Assembly: GCA_964580925.1 (NCBI GenBank)
Contig: CAZOMI010000001.1
Coordinates: 48-64,047 of the forward strand
DNA length: 64,000 nucleotides
Direction of reading: 5' to 3'
From: an uncultured Methyloversatilis sp.
GTDB lineage: Bacteria > Pseudomonadota > Gammaproteobacteria > Burkholderiales > Rhodocyclaceae
Part shown: positions 41,725 through 57,908 of the stretch, piece by piece
How positions within the stretch are numbered: position 1 is the first letter of the stretch
Layout of the letters: each line of letters starts with the position of its first letter
The notes under the pieces: generated by a model
Database searches by the model: none
Told to the model about the DNA's origin: nothing
The model's input: only the letters and a program-made list of their open reading frames with translations
Made by a program: the position numbers and the translations under genes

Positions 41725-43683
41725 ATGGCTAAGCCACCCATCCACCCGCTCACCCCGGCGCAGACCTGGTGGCTGCTGGCGACGGGGCTGGCGGCTTATG
41801 CGCCATTGGTGGCGCAGGTGCCCTTGTGGCTTGCCGCCGTGGCCGGCGCGGCATTCGTCTGGCGCGCCGCGCTGGCCTGGTGGCGCCAGCCGCTGCCGAC
41901 GCGCTGGGTGCTGGTCTTTGTCAGCCTCGCCGGCACGGCGGGGGTCCTCATCGAATACCGCACGCTGTTCGGCCAGCGCGCCGGCGTGGCGCTGCTGCTG
42001 CTCTTCCTCGCGTTGAAGCAACTCGAGGCGCGGGCGCCGCGCGACGGACTGGCCGTCGTGCTGCTCGCCTACTTCCTGACCCTCACGCAGTTTTTCGAGA
42101 ACCAGTCGATCGCGGTGGCGTTCACCATGCTCGGCACCCTGCTCATCGCCACCGCCGCATTGGCCAGCCTGACCGACGCACAGGCACGCGCAACCAGCCT
42201 GCTCCGCCTCGCCGGGGTGATGCTGCTGCAGGCCCTGCCCTTCATGCTGGTGCTGTTCGTCCTGTTCCCGCGCATTTCCGGACCGTTGTGGGGCCTGCCC
42301 AGCGACGCCCATAGCGGCCTGACGGGGCTGTCGGACCAGATGGCGCCGGGCGCGATCAACAACCTGATCCAGTCGGACGCCATCGCCTTCCGCGCCAAGT
42401 TCGACGGTCCGGTGCCGCCCAGGCAGGAGCTGTATTGGCGTGGCCCGGTGCTGGCGCGTCTGGACGGGCGCAACTGGCAAGCGGGTATCCAGTCGCTCGG
42501 CAAGGAACTGTTCTATCAGCCGCACGGCGCAGGCCCGACCTATGCTTATGCCATCACGCTGGAACCGCACAACAAGCCCTGGCTGTTCGCCCTTGAATTG
42601 CCCACCGCCCTGCCCGCCATTGGCACGGATGTCGTGGCCACATCGGACTTCCAGCTGCGATCGAGAAAGCCGGTACGCGAGCGCGTCCGCTACGAGCTCC
42701 AGTCGCAGGCGGCCGTCAGCTACGCGCCCGAAAATCGCCGGGTGCTGGCCGAGGCGCTGGCCCTGCCGGCCACCGACAACCCGCGCACGCTGGCCCTCGG
42801 CGCCAGTTGGCAGGCAGACGGCGGCAGCGACCGGCAGCGGCTGCGGCGCGCCATCGAATTCATGCGCGCGCAACGCTTCATCTACACCCTGCAGCCGCCC
42901 TTGATGAGCCAGCATATCGCCGACGAATTCCTGTTCGACCACAAGCGCGGCTTTTGCGAGCATTTCGCCGCGTCTTTCGTTGTGCTGATGCGCGCCGCGG
43001 GCGTGCCGGCCCGCGTCGTCACCGGCTATCAGGGCGGCGAACGCAATCCCGTCGATGACACCTGGGTGATCCGCCAGTCCGATGCCCACGCCTGGGCCGA
43101 GGTCTGGCTGGACGGCCAGGGCTGGCTGCGCGTCGATCCCACCGCCGTCAGCGCGCCGGCGCGCATCGAGCAGAATCTTGCCGCCGCCGTGCCGGCCGGC
43201 GAGCCGCTGCCCTGGTTATCAAGGAGCGGACTCGACTGGCTGCATGACGCGCGCTTTCGCTGGTGGGCGGTCAGCAATGCCTGGAACCAGTGGGTGCTCG
43301 GCTACAACCCGGAACGGCAGCGCGACTTCCTCAGGAAACTGGGCATGAGCGCGCCGGACTGGCGCAGCATGACGGCAACGCTCGCCGTGCTCTGCGGCAC
43401 CATGCTGCTGGCGCTGGCCGGCTGGATGCTGTGGCGCCGGCCGCGTCTCGATCCCGTAGAACGGCAATGGCACAAGCTGTCGCGCCGACTGGCGCGCCGC
43501 GGGCTCGCCCGGCATGCCTGGGAAGGTCCGCAGGACTATGCCCGGCGCATTGCTGTTGCACTGCCTGATACAGCAACTGAGATGCACGCGATTGCTGCGC
43601 TGTATGCCGCGTTGCGTTACGATGCCCCCTCACCCCCGAACCTAGATGAATTGCGCCGCCGCGTGGCGGCTTTCAAACCATGA
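41725..43683 (+). CDS. DUF3488/transglutaminase-like protein (TgpA family)
   Basis: Multi-TM N-terminus, YWRGPVL, GFCEHFA, GYQGG, DAHAWAEVW, VDPT. Confidence 0.92.
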   Translation: MAKPPIHPLTPAQTWWLLATGLAAYAPLVAQVPLWLAAVAGAAFVWRAALAWWRQPLPTRWVLVFVSLAGTAGVLIEYRTLFGQRAGVALLLLFLALKQLEARAPRDGLAVVLLAYFLTLTQFFENQSIAVAFTMLGTLLIATAALASLTDAQARATSLLRLAGVMLLQALPFMLVLFVLFPRISGPLWGLPSDAHSGLTGLSDQMAPGAINNLIQSDAIAFRAKFDGPVPPRQELYWRGPVLARLDGRNWQAGIQSLGKELFYQPHGAGPTYAYAITLEPHNKPWLFALELPTALPAIGTDVVATSDFQLRSRKPVRERVRYELQSQAAVSYAPENRRVLAEALALPATDNPRTLALGASWQADGGSDRQRLRRAIEFMRAQRFIYTLQPPLMSQHIADEFLFDHKRGFCEHFAASFVVLMRAAGVPARVVTGYQGGERNPVDDTWVIRQSDAHAWAEVWLDGQGWLRVDPTAVSAPARIEQNLAAAVPAGEPLPWLSRSGLDWLHDARFRWWAVSNAWNQWVLGYNPERQRDFLRKLGMSAPDWRSMTATLAVLCGTMLLALAGWMLWRRPRLDPVERQWHKLSRRLARRGLARHAWEGPQDYARRIAVALPDTATEMHAIAALYAALRYDAPSPPNLDELRRRVAAFKP

Positions 43684-44936
43684 AAACGCCCGCCCCCCTT
43701 TGTTCGGCTGCGCCGAATCCCTCGCTGCGCTCAGGACCGCCACTTCGTGGCGTCCTGCGGCCTGCGGCCTGGTGCCCCCCTCGCGGGGGATTCTTGTTTG
43801 CTCACTGCGCTCGTCTATTTAGGGGTGCTCCCGTCGTTGCAGTGGTGCGGCTTGCGGCTTCGCCGCGTGCCGTGTTTGCTTGGGGCGGCCCGGCGCAAAC
43901 ACTGTTGTATTTCACAATGATTGCCTGCCTGATTTTCGTCACCGTTGCGCAAGCTTCTGCAAACTCCGGCTACGCCCAGCGGGAGGATGTGCAGGCCTTC
44001 ATCGGCGAAATGCAGGCTCGCCATGGCCTGGATGCCGAGCGTCTCACCGCGCTGTTCGAGAAAACGCGGCCGATTGCCTCGGTCTTGAAAGCCATCGCAC
44101 CACCCGCCGATCCGGGCATCCGTTCCTGGAAGGCATATCGCCAGCGCTTCATCGAATCGCGCCGCATCGCCGCCGGACTCGACTTCTGGCGCAAGCACGC
44201 GGCCACGCTGGCCAGGGCCCAGGCACTGTCCGGCGTGCCGGCTGAAATCATCGTCGCCATCATCGGCATCGAAACCTTATACGGCAAGCATCTGGGGCGT
44301 TTCGACAGCTTCGCCGCGCTGGCGACGCTGGCCTTCGACTATCCGCCGCGCGCCGACCTGTTTCGCCGCGAACTCGAAGCATTGTTGCTGCTGGCGCAGG
44401 ACGAAGGCCGCGCACCCGACAGCTATCGCGGCTCCTATGCCGGCGCAATCGGCCTGCCACAGTTCCTGCCGTCCAGCATTCACGCCTACGCCGTCGACTT
44501 CGACAGGAATGGCCGGATCGACCTGGTCGGCAGCACCGCCGACGCCATCGGCAGCGCCGCCAACTTCCTCAAGGAACATGGCTGGGAGGAAGGCGGACCG
44601 ATTGCCATAAAAGTCGGCGTGACCAAAGGGAATCCCCGTGGGACTGGCGCTTCGGCGCACGAATCCCTGATTGCCGAAGGCATCCTGCCCAGACGCCGCC
44701 CTGCAGAGATGAGCGATTTCGGCGTCGTCATTCCAGAGGCCGCGCCCGATGCCCCTGCCGCACTGATCGACCTGGTCACACCCGCCGCGCCAACCGAGTA
44801 CTGGCTCGGCTACCAGAATTTTTATGTCATCACCCGCTACAACCGCAGCAGCTTCTACGCCATGACCGTTTTCCAGTTCGCGCAAACCCTGCAAGAACGT
44901 TACCTTGGTTATACTGGGAGGATTGGTTTGCAATAG
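43680..44936 (+). CDS. mltB: Lytic murein transglycosylase B with repeat-derived N-terminal insert
   Basis: IIGIETLYG, GSYAGAIG.PQFLPSS, NFYVITRYNRS..YA; start may alternatively be 43917. Confidence 0.9.
   Translation: MKTPAPLCSAAPNPSLRSGPPLRGVLRPAAWCPPRGGFLFAHCARLFRGAPVVAVVRLAASPRAVFAWGGPAQTLLYFTMIACLIFVTVAQASANSGYAQREDVQAFIGEMQARHGLDAERLTALFEKTRPIASVLKAIAPPADPGIRSWKAYRQRFIESRRIAAGLDFWRKHAATLARAQALSGVPAEIIVAIIGIETLYGKHLGRFDSFAALATLAFDYPPRADLFRRELEALLLLAQDEGRAPDSYRGSYAGAIGLPQFLPSSIHAYAVDFDRNGRIDLVGSTADAIGSAANFLKEHGWEEGGPIAIKVGVTKGNPRGTGASAHESLIAEGILPRRRPAEMSDFGVVIPEAAPDAPAALIDLVTPAAPTEYWLGYQNFYVITRYNRSSFYAMTVFQFAQTLQERYLGYTGRIGLQ
43688..43900 (+). repeat. Long family-B repeat plus three-hairpin element inside the mltB 5' end
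   Basis: 213 bp; removal restores ATG AAA ACA CTG. Confidence 0.82.
44610..44657 (+). repeat. Motif A with 24-bp hairpin insert (mltB)
   Basis: AAAGTCGGCG[TGACCAAAGGGAATCCCCGTGGGA]CTGGCGCTTCGGCG. Confidence 0.82.
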
Positions 44937-44971
44937 GGTTATCCAGCAGCACGCTTTGAGGAAAGCATCGC

Positions 44972-46090
44972 ATGGACGAAAGAACCATCCTCATCGTTGA
45001 TGACGAACCCGCCAACCTGGCCGTACTGGCCTGGGCGCTGCGGCCGCATTACCGCGTACGCGCGGCCAGTTCGGGCGAACAGGCCCTGCGGGCGCTGACC
45101 TCGCCACCCAAGCCGGACCTGATTCTGCTCGACGTGATGATGCCCGGCATGGATGGCCATGCCGTGCTCACCCAATTGCGCGCCGATCCGGCCACCCGCA
45201 GCATCCCGGTGATCTTCGTCACTGCCCTCGACGACGAACTCAACGAAGAGCGCGGCCTCAAGCTCGGCGCGGTTGACTACATCGCCAAACCGATCAAACC
45301 CGCTGTCGTGCTGGCCCGGATTGCCACCCAGCTGGAACTGAAAAAGATTCGCGATCGCCTCGCCGTGCAAAATACCTGGCTGGAAGCCGAGGTGGTGCGG
45401 CGCATGGCCGAGAACCAGTTGATCCAGGATATCAGCATCCATGCGCTGGGCTACCTGGCCGAAACGCGCGACTCGGAAACCGGCAACCACATTCACCGCA
45501 CCCAGCAGTACGTGCATGCCCTGGCCTGGGAACTGCGCGAGCACCCGCGCTTTGCCGCGCAGCTCACCGACCATGCCATCCAGTTGCTCGTCAAGTCCGC
45601 GCCCTTGCACGACATCGGCAAGGTGGGCATCCCCGATCACATCCTGCTCAAGCCCGGCGCGCTCACCCCGGAAGAATGGGTGATCATGAAAACCCATGCC
45701 CAGTTGGGCGCGGAAGCCATCGAACGGGCCGAGAATGCGGCGCACAAGACGGCCGACTTCCTCGTCATCGCCAAGGAGATAGCCCGTTGGCATCACGAGA
45801 AATGGGACGGCAGCGGTTACCCTGACGGCCTGGCCGGCGATGCCATCCCGCTCTCGGCACGCCTGATGGCGCTGGCCGACGTGTTCGACGCCCTGATCAC
45901 CCGGCGCGTCTATAAACCCGCCATGACCCACGAACAAGCCCGCGACATCATCGTTGCCGGGCGCGGCAAGCACTTCGATCCCGCCGTCGTCGATGCCTTC
46001 CTCGCCAGTTTCGACGTTTTCGTCAGCATTGCCACCGCGTGCGCCGATAACGGTGAAACAGCGGCGCTGACGGCCACCGCGCAAACCTGA
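44972..46090 (+). CDS. Response regulator with HD-GYP c-di-GMP phosphodiesterase domain (RpfG-like)
   Basis: REC (VDD, LLDVMMP, KP), [22 protein letters not shown]. Confidence 0.93.
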   Translation: MDERTILIVDDEPANLAVLAWALRPHYRVRAASSGEQALRALTSPPKPDLILLDVMMPGMDGHAVLTQLRADPATRSIPVIFVTALDDELNEERGLKLGAVDYIAKPIKPAVVLARIATQLELKKIRDRLAVQNTWLEAEVVRRMAENQLIQDISIHALGYLAETRDSETGNHIHRTQQYVHALAWELREHPRFAAQLTDHAIQLLVKSAPLHDIGKVGIPDHILLKPGALTPEEWVIMKTHAQLGAEAIERAENAAHKTADFLVIAKEIARWHHEKWDGSGYPDGLAGDAIPLSARLMALADVFDALITRRVYKPAMTHEQARDIIVAGRGKHFDPAVVDAFLASFDVFVSIATACADNGETAALTATAQT

Positions 46091-46092
46091 CC

Positions 46093-50898
<4,806 letters not shown>

Positions 50899-50901
50899 GC
50901 C

Positions 50902-52530
50902 ATGGCCTTCTTTAACTGGACCGATGATTTCCTGACCGGCATCGAGATAGTCGATCGCCAGCATCGTCGCCTGGTGGAACTGATCAATGCGGCAGCCCCG
51001 ATATTGCAGGACTTCACCCCCGAGCGACAGGACGAACGCCTCACACTATTTTCTGGCCTGCTCGACTACACCGGTGTGCATTTCCACACCGAGGAAGAGT
51101 TGATGCGCGTTCATGGCATCGACGCCCGGGTGCTCGACCATCATCGCCAGACCCACGCCCGGCTGTTGCAGGAAATACTGGAATGGCAGGCGCGCCTGTC
51201 CCGCGCCGACGCCCTGGCCGGGCAGGAATTCCTGGCTTTTCTGGCCGGCTGGTTGCTGTTCCATGTCCTCGGCGAAGATCAGGCGATGAGCCGGCAAGTG
51301 CGCGCCATGCAGGCCGGCATGACGGCGGAACGTGCCTACGAAGACGCAAAAGGCGCTTATCTGTGGCCGTCTCAGGCCGTGCTGGGCAGGACGGTGTCTG
51401 GTCTATACAGCCAACTGTCCGGACAGATGCGCGAAATCGACCGGCACGGCAAACAACTCGAAGAACAATTGACTTCCCGCACTGCCGAACTTGTCACCAC
51501 GACCGATGAACTGCGCAAGGCACGCGATGCCGCCGAGGCGGCCAACCAGGCCAAGAGCCGTTTTCTCGGCATGGTGAGCCATGAGCTGCGAACGCCGATG
51601 AATGCCATCATCGGTTTTACCGAACTACTGCACGGTGCAGGATTGCCGGCCAAAGAGACGGAGATGGCCGGCCGGGTGCTGACGGCGGCAGAACAACTGG
51701 TGGGCCTCGTCGACGGACTCATCGAATTCACCCGCAACGAGCCCAGCCAGCGCGTGCCCTTTGCACTGCGCCTCCTGATGACCGAAGCCTGTCAGGTGCC
51801 TTTCGCCGCTGCACGCGCCAAGGGCCTCACGGCGGTGCTGGAGATTCCGGACGACCTGCCGCCATACCTGCACGGCGATGCCCGCCGCATTGCCGTGGTG
51901 ATCCGCCAACTGGCCGCCAATGCCGCCAAATTCACGGCGCACGGCAGCATCCGCGTGCGCGCGGAAGTCCTCGGCACTGCACCAGACGGAAAAATTGCCC
52001 TGCGCATCGGCGTGACGGACACCGGCATCGGCATTCCTGCCGACAGGCAGGCCGGACTGTTCAATGCCTTCCACCAACTCGACGACAGCCCGACCCGCCG
52101 CTACGGCGGGGTCGGACTCGGCCTGGCGCTGACCCGCCAGGCCGCGCGCATGATGGGGGCCGACATTAACATGCAAAGCACCCCCGGCAAGGGCAGCGTG
52201 TTCTGGATGGACCTGCAGCTTTCCCCCGCTGCCAGCAGGACTGCAGCACCCGTGCCCGCCACCGGACAGACACAGCCCGCGAAACCTCTGCCGGCAGACA
52301 CGGATGGCGCAGCCATCGTGCGCCGCCTGGACAAGCTGCTGAGCGAGGACGACATCCGCGCCGCCGAGGTGCTTGCCGAGAATGAAGCCTTCCTGCAAAG
52401 CGCACTGGACTGGCGCTTCGAGACCCTCGCCAGGCAGATCGCCGGTTTCGAGTACGACAAGGCTTTGCTGACACTGCGTGAATGGCAGGGGGTGGCCCAC
52501 CCCTCCCAACCTCCCCTCAAGGGGAGGTGA
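50902..52530 (+). CDS. Bacteriohemerythrin-domain histidine kinase
   Basis: W....TGI..VD.QH, HF..EE, H...H, H....D; SHELRTPMN, DTGIGI, GVGLGL. Confidence 0.88.
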   Translation: MAFFNWTDDFLTGIEIVDRQHRRLVELINAAAPILQDFTPERQDERLTLFSGLLDYTGVHFHTEEELMRVHGIDARVLDHHRQTHARLLQEILEWQARLSRADALAGQEFLAFLAGWLLFHVLGEDQAMSRQVRAMQAGMTAERAYEDAKGAYLWPSQAVLGRTVSGLYSQLSGQMREIDRHGKQLEEQLTSRTAELVTTTDELRKARDAAEAANQAKSRFLGMVSHELRTPMNAIIGFTELLHGAGLPAKETEMAGRVLTAAEQLVGLVDGLIEFTRNEPSQRVPFALRLLMTEACQVPFAAARAKGLTAVLEIPDDLPPYLHGDARRIAVVIRQLAANAAKFTAHGSIRVRAEVLGTAPDGKIALRIGVTDTGIGIPADRQAGLFNAFHQLDDSPTRRYGGVGLGLALTRQAARMMGADINMQSTPGKGSVFWMDLQLSPAASRTAAPVPATGQTQPAKPLPADTDGAAIVRRLDKLLSEDDIRAAEVLAENEAFLQSALDWRFETLARQIAGFEYDKALLTLREWQGVAHPSQPPLKGR

Positions 52531-52814
52531 CTGTTGCTCGCTGCGCTCGTGTATCACGGGGAGCGTTATTCAGGCAGTGGTGCGGATTGCGGTGTGGCTA
52601 TCTTGAGTCGCGCTTGCAGAAAGTCGGCGCTGGCGAGACGGCGTATAAAGTGCCACCCCCGATGTAGTCTTGCCGCCGGGCCGCCCCAAGGCAAGGCGGC
52701 ACGCGGCGAAAGCCGCAATCCGCTCCAAAATATAAACGGGGGCGCCCCGTAACAGATGAGCGCAGCGAGCAACAGTCACCCCTCCCGCGCGGGAGGGGCC
52801 GGGGGAGGGCGGGC
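52496..52814. repeat. Inverted pair of long family-B repeats around a motif A copy
   Basis: Truncated forward copy 52496-52592, motif A at 52620-52643, full reverse copy 52668-52814. Confidence 0.85.
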
Positions 52815-52819
52815 TATAT

Positions 52820-53758
52820 TTAGAGCAACGAGCGCACGTCCATCGATTGGCGGGCCAGGCGCTGGCGCAGGCGGGTCAGGGCTTCCATCTGCAGTTGCCG
52901 CACCCGTTCGCGGGTGATGCCCAGTTCGAGTGCCAGGGTTTCGAGGGTGGCGATGTCCTGACCGTTCAGGCCATAGCGCGATTCGACGACGCGGCGGTGC
53001 CGGTCGGACAGATCAGCCACCCAGGAGGCAACATGCTGCTCGATTTCGGCCTGCTCGACGGCATCTTCGGGATTAATGGCGTCATCATCGGCAATGGCAT
53101 CGGCGACACTCAGCGTGGGATCGATGTCCAGCGGCGCGTCGAGCGAGGTCGTGCGTTCGTTGAGCGCAAGGATGCGGCGGATTTCCTCCACCGGCTTGTG
53201 CAGCAGGCGGGCCACCGCTTCAATCGCCGATTCGGCTTCGCCCGGTTCCACGCCCATCCGCCGCAAGGCCTGCAGCACGGAGTTGAGCTCCTTGACGACA
53301 TGTACCGGCAGGCGGATGGTGCGCGACTGGTTCATGATCGAACGCTCGACGTTCTGGCGGATCCACCAGGTCGCATAGGTCGAAAAGCGGAAACCGCGTT
53401 CGGGATCGAATTTTTCCAGTGCATGGATCAGGCCGAGGTTGCCTTCCTCGATCAGGTCGTCGAGCGGAATGCCGCGATGCTGGTAATGCTTGGCAATGCT
53501 GACCACAAGGCGCAGGTTGGCTTCGATCATGTGCTGGCGCGCCGCAAAATCGCCGGCGCGCACGGCGCGCGTCAGCGCCAGTTCCTGGGTCGGCGTCAGC
53601 AGGGGCGTGCCGCCGATTTCCTTGAGATAGAGCTGGGTGACATCGTCGAGGAAGCCGTTCGCACCGGTCACATCGTGCGCGACGTCATGCACATCTTCGG
53701 CCTCTCCGGTCAACGCCGGATTGTCGCCTGCATTTTCGTCGTCCATGGGTATTGACAT
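52820..53758 (-). CDS. rpoS: RNA polymerase sigma factor RpoS
   Basis: [34 protein letters not shown]; downstream of nlpD. Confidence 0.93.
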   Translation of the reverse strand: MSIPMDDENAGDNPALTGEAEDVHDVAHDVTGANGFLDDVTQLYLKEIGGTPLLTPTQELALTRAVRAGDFAARQHMIEANLRLVVSIAKHYQHRGIPLDDLIEEGNLGLIHALEKFDPERGFRFSTYATWWIRQNVERSIMNQSRTIRLPVHVVKELNSVLQALRRMGVEPGEAESAIEAVARLLHKPVEEIRRILALNERTTSLDAPLDIDPTLSVADAIADDDAINPEDAVEQAEIEQHVASWVADLSDRHRRVVESRYGLNGQDIATLETLALELGITRERVRQLQMEALTRLRQRLARQSMDVRSLL

Positions 53759-54753
53759 CAGCGTGGCGGGAGGAATCTGAGGGGATCGACCGGCTTGCCC
53801 TGCTGCCGGACTTCGAAATGCAGCTTGGTCTGGTCGGCATCGGAATTGCCTATTTCGGCGATCTTCTGGCCGCGGACTACCGTCTGCCCTTCCTTGACCA
53901 GGATGCGGCTGTTATGGGCATAGGCGGAGAGGAACGTGGCATTGTGGCGCACGATGACGAGATTGCCGTAGCCACGCAGTCCGCTGCCGGAATAGACCAC
54001 CTTGCCGGCCGCCGCCGCCAGCACCGGATCACCCTGCTTGCCGGCGATGTCGATGCCCTTGTTGGCTTCCTGGCCGGCGCCGCCTTCGGTGAAATTGGCC
54101 AGCAATTTGCCCGGTGCGGGCCAGGCCCAGTCAATGTCGCCGGACACTGCCGCCACCGACGGACTGACTGCCGCGGGCGGCGGGGCGGCGGGTGTTTCCG
54201 GCTGCGCTGCGGGTGCTGCCGGTGCGGCCAGTGTAGCCGGTGCAGTGGTCTGCGCCTTCAGGAGAGCCAGATTCTCCACGGAATACGGCAGTTTGCCCCC
54301 CTTGGGCGAGCGCTTGAGCGACTCCCCCCCCGGCACGAAAATCGGCGCTGGCGCTACGGCGGCATCTGCCGGGGAACCATCCAGCGGACGCCCGACCACG
54401 GCACCGCCGCTGGCAATCGGCCGCGCTTCGGCAGCCCCGGGCAGCGGCGCCGGCAATGGTACAGCGCCCGGCGCACTGACCCGCAGGCGCTGGCCCACCG
54501 TGATGCGCGAGGCATCTTCGAGATTGTTCCACAGGGTCAGATCACGCGCTGTAACACCGTGAGTGCGGGCGATCGAATACAGCGTGTCGCCCTTCTTGAC
54601 GGTATAAAAAAGCTCGCCGGCCGGGGCGGCCGCACTCGGTCTGGGCGCTTCGATCGACGTGGGCGGCCGGCTTTCGCGAACGGGCGCGGAGGTCATGCCA
54701 CCGCAACCGGCCAGCGCGAAAACCATGAAGAAAACCGCAATCTTTCCCGACAT
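53758..54753 (-). CDS. nlpD: LysM/M23 lipoprotein NlpD
   Basis: Lipobox [29 protein letters not shown]. Confidence 0.93.
   Translation of the reverse strand: MSGKIAVFFMVFALAGCGGMTSAPVRESRPPTSIEAPRPSAAAPAGELFYTVKKGDTLYSIARTHGVTARDLTLWNNLEDASRITVGQRLRVSAPGAVPLPAPLPGAAEARPIASGGAVVGRPLDGSPADAAVAPAPIFVPGGESLKRSPKGGKLPYSVENLALLKAQTTAPATLAAPAAPAAQPETPAAPPPAAVSPSVAAVSGDIDWAWPAPGKLLANFTEGGAGQEANKGIDIAGKQGDPVLAAAAGKVVYSGSGLRGYGNLVIVRHNATFLSAYAHNSRILVKEGQTVVRGQKIAEIGNSDADQTKLHFEVRQQGKPVDPLRFLPPR
54338..54361 (+). repeat. Motif A copy in nlpD
   Basis: AAAATCGGCGCTGGCGCTACGGCG; AVAPAPIF on the gene strand. Confidence 0.75.
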
Positions 54754-55409
54754 CAACCTACCCCCGGCAACAGCGGCACGAAGCGCACCGCGTCAAAACG
54801 TGTTTCCACCCAGCCTTGCGGCGTTCGTTCAATCATACACAGAACCTGTTCCCGGCCACCCACCGGGATCACCAGCCGCCCCCCCGGCGCAAGCTGCTCG
54901 CGCAATGACTGCGGAACGCTGACACCGGCGGCCGCGACGATGATCGAATCGAAGGGTGCCGCTTCGGGCAGCCCCCCCATGCCGTCGGCGTGCTTGAGAC
55001 GGATGAACGGCAGTTTCAGTTGCTTCAGGTTCTCGCGTGCCCGCGCCAGCAGAGGCGCCAGCCGTTCGATGCCGAATACTTCGCGCGTCAGTTGTGCCAG
55101 CACCGCCGTCTGATAGCCGCAACCGGCGCCGATCTCGAGCGTCTTGCCGAGCTTGTCGCGCGTTTCGAGGAGTAGCTCGATCATGCGCGCGACGATGTAG
55201 GGCTGCGAAATCGTCTGGCCGAGGATCAGCGGCAGGGCCGTATCCTCATAGGCGCGATGGGCGGCCGCCGCATCGACAAAGATGTGGCGCGGCACGCCGG
55301 CCATCGCCGTCAACACTTGCTCGTTCCGGATGCCCTGCTCGCGCAGCCGCTCGATCATGCGCGTGCGCGTGCGCTGCGAGGTCATGCCGATGCCGGAGAG
55401 GCCGTTCAT
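54753..55409 (-). CDS. pcm: Protein-L-isoaspartate O-methyltransferase
   Basis: [30 protein letters not shown]. Confidence 0.95.
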   Translation of the reverse strand: MNGLSGIGMTSQRTRTRMIERLREQGIRNEQVLTAMAGVPRHIFVDAAAAHRAYEDTALPLILGQTISQPYIVARMIELLLETRDKLGKTLEIGAGCGYQTAVLAQLTREVFGIERLAPLLARARENLKQLKLPFIRLKHADGMGGLPEAAPFDSIIVAAAGVSVPQSLREQLAPGGRLVIPVGGREQVLCMIERTPQGWVETRFDAVRFVPLLPGVG

Positions 55410-56170
55410 GCTGCAGGAACCGCAATGCCGTCTTCAAGCCATTCCCGTACCTGGCTCATTTGACCCAAGTGGGTCAGGTCGATCTGCAGGGGCGTCACCG
55501 ACACCCAGCCATTGTCGACGGCATGAAAATCGGTGCCCTCGCCCGCGTCGGCCGCCAGACCGGCCGCGCCGATCCAGTACACCGTTTCGCCGCGCGGCGA
55601 CATCTGCCTCACCACCGGCTCGGCCTTGTGGCGCCGCCCGAGGCGCGTGATGCGCAGGCCTTTCAGTTCATCGTAGGGTACGTCGGGCACATTGACATTG
55701 AGCAGCACCGGTGCGCCGAACGGGTGCGTGCCAAAACGCTCGGCCAGTTCGCGGGCAACGCGTGCGGCGGTGGGGAAATGATTGCCTGCGAAACTGCCGA
55801 GCGATACCGCAATCGACGGCACGCCGAGCAGGTAACCTTCCATTGCCGCCGCCACCGTGCCCGAATACACCGTGTCGTCACCCATGTTGGGGCCGAGATT
55901 GACACCCGAGAGCACCATGTCCGGTTCATGATCAAGCATGCCGGTCACCGCCAGATGCACGCAATCGGTCGGCGTGCCATTGACATAATAAAAACCGCTC
56001 GCCGCCTGCTTGAGATGCAGCGGCCGATCCAGCGTCAGCGAATTGGAAGCCCCGCTGCGGTTGCGCTCGGGCGCCACCACGGTCAAATCGCCCAGTCCGG
56101 TCATGGCCTGCGCCAGCGCTTCGAGGCCGGGTGCGAAGTAACCGTCGTCGTTGGAAAGGAGGATGCGCAC
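55406..56170 (-). CDS. surE: 5'/3'-nucleotidase SurE
   Basis: [30 protein letters not shown]. Confidence 0.97.
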   Translation of the reverse strand: MRILLSNDDGYFAPGLEALAQAMTGLGDLTVVAPERNRSGASNSLTLDRPLHLKQAASGFYYVNGTPTDCVHLAVTGMLDHEPDMVLSGVNLGPNMGDDTVYSGTVAAAMEGYLLGVPSIAVSLGSFAGNHFPTAARVARELAERFGTHPFGAPVLLNVNVPDVPYDELKGLRITRLGRRHKAEPVVRQMSPRGETVYWIGAAGLAADAGEGTDFHAVDNGWVSVTPLQIDLTHLGQMSQVREWLEDGIAVPAA

Positions 56171-56179
56171 AGTGGTCGG

Positions 56180-56734
56180 TTATTTCAAGAAATTCTTGCT
56201 GATGTCACGGAACTGGTCGGTGCCGGCCTGCCCCAGCCATTCGAAGGCGACCATCTCGCGACAGACGATGGTGATGCCATGCGCACGCATGCGCTCCAGC
56301 GCCAGCGCCTTGTGGGCGGGATCGCGCGATCCGACGGCTTCCGCGACGACGAACACCTGCTTGCCCGCACTGGCAAGTTCGAGCACCGTCTGCAACACGC
56401 AGACATGGGATTCGATGCCGCACACCACGACCTGGGGCCGCGTCATGCCCGGCAAGGGCGGCAAACAAGCACTCGCCACGCAGGAAAAATGCATTTTCTC
56501 GCCCACCGCACCTGCCGGCAGCCGCGCGGCGACCTGTGAATGGGTGTGGCCGATACCCTTGGGATACTGTTCGGAGGCCGCCACCGGCACGCCGAGCCGC
56601 TGCGCTACCTGGACCAGCCAGTCAACATGGCCAAGCACCTGCTGCCAGTCATGCATGTGCGGCAACAGGCGCTCCTGGAGATCAATGACCAGCAGCGCGG
56701 ACTGGTCGGCGCGCATCAAGGGAATGGGGAACAT
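56180..56734 (-). CDS. Isochorismatase-family cysteine hydrolase
   Basis: LLVIDLQERL, EQYPKG, K..FS, GIESHVCVLQT. Confidence 0.9.
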   Translation of the reverse strand: MFPIPLMRADQSALLVIDLQERLLPHMHDWQQVLGHVDWLVQVAQRLGVPVAASEQYPKGIGHTHSQVAARLPAGAVGEKMHFSCVASACLPPLPGMTRPQVVVCGIESHVCVLQTVLELASAGKQVFVVAEAVGSRDPAHKALALERMRAHGITIVCREMVAFEWLGQAGTDQFRDISKNFLK

Positions 56735-56772
56735 GGAGTAATTTTACCGGAGAGAGCCGTTCGGCAGTGGGG

Positions 56773-57465
56773 TCACAGCCCACGCATGGTCTGGCGCATG
56801 AAACACAGGTCTTCCCAGGCTTTTGCCTTGTCGGGCAGGTTGCGCAACAGATAGGCCGGGTGATAGGTGACGATCAGCGGCATGCCGGCGAAATCATGCA
56901 CCCGGCCGCGCGCGTCGGCGATTTTCACTTCCTGCTGCAGTAGGGTCTGCGCGGCGGGCTTGCCCAGCGTGACGATCAGTTTCGGCTGGATCAGTTCGAT
57001 CTGGCGCGCCAGGAAGGGCCAGCAGGCCGCGGTCTCGCCCGGCTCCGGCGTGCGGTTGTCGGGCGGACGGCACTTGACGGCATTGGCGATGTAGACCCGC
57101 TGACCACGCTGCAGGCCGATGGCCGCCAGCATGTTGTCGAGCAGCTTGCCGGCCTTGCCGACGAAGGGTTCGCCGCGTTCGTCTTCTTCGGCTCCCGGCC
57201 CTTCGCCGACGAAAAGCCAGTCGGCATCCGGGTCGCCGACCCCCAGCACCGCCTGCTTGCGGGTCTTGCACAGATCGCAGGCCTGGCAGGCGGCAACCGC
57301 CTGCTGCAACTCCTCCCAGCCCATCGCGGCGATCTCCGCGGTCCGTGGGTCGACTGGTGCGGCGAGAGGCGCTTCACCAGCCGCGCCACGTTTTTTTTTC
57401 GGCGGCTGGCGCAACTTCCAGATCGGCCCAAGGCCCATCTCTTTGAGTGTTTGTTCTCTGTTCAT
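56773..57465 (-). CDS. Uracil-DNA glycosylase family 4
   Basis: [32 protein letters not shown]. Confidence 0.93.
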   Translation of the reverse strand: MNREQTLKEMGLGPIWKLRQPPKKKRGAAGEAPLAAPVDPRTAEIAAMGWEELQQAVAACQACDLCKTRKQAVLGVGDPDADWLFVGEGPGAEEDERGEPFVGKAGKLLDNMLAAIGLQRGQRVYIANAVKCRPPDNRTPEPGETAACWPFLARQIELIQPKLIVTLGKPAAQTLLQQEVKIADARGRVHDFAGMPLIVTYHPAYLLRNLPDKAKAWEDLCFMRQTMRGL

Positions 57466-57908
57466 AAATTTTTTGCCATCACGATGGCGTCTTCCCGGCC
57501 AGTTGAGTCGGGATAGTAACCGCGCCGTCGGCTAATCTCGACAAAATCGAAGCGCTGATAAAAGGCAATGGCGTTCTGATTGGAGGGTCGCACTTCCAGC
57601 AGCATGCGCAGCATGCCGCCCTGCCGTGCCCGGTCGCAGAGGAATTCGAGCAGCGCACGTCCCAGGCCGCCGCGCTGGCGTTCCGGCACCACGCTGATGT
57701 TGAGCAAATGCACCTCATCCACCACCCGCATCATCACTGCAAAGGCGACCACAGCGCCCGCGGCACCGCTGTCCCTTTGCAGCCAGGCATCATGGCCGGC
57801 AATCAGCGAATCGCGAAAGTTGCCGAACGTCCACGGGAAGCGGTGTATGCGCTGTTCGGCAGCGGTCACGGCGGGCAGGTCCGCTTCTTCCATCGGCACA
57901 AATCTCAT
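57462..57908 (-). CDS. rimI: Ribosomal protein S18 alanine N-acetyltransferase
   Basis: HLLNISV, LEVRPSN, RRGYY, EDAIVM. Confidence 0.93.
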   Translation of the reverse strand: MRFVPMEEADLPAVTAAEQRIHRFPWTFGNFRDSLIAGHDAWLQRDSGAAGAVVAFAVMMRVVDEVHLLNISVVPERQRGGLGRALLEFLCDRARQGGMLRMLLEVRPSNQNAIAFYQRFDFVEISRRRGYYPDSTGREDAIVMAKNL

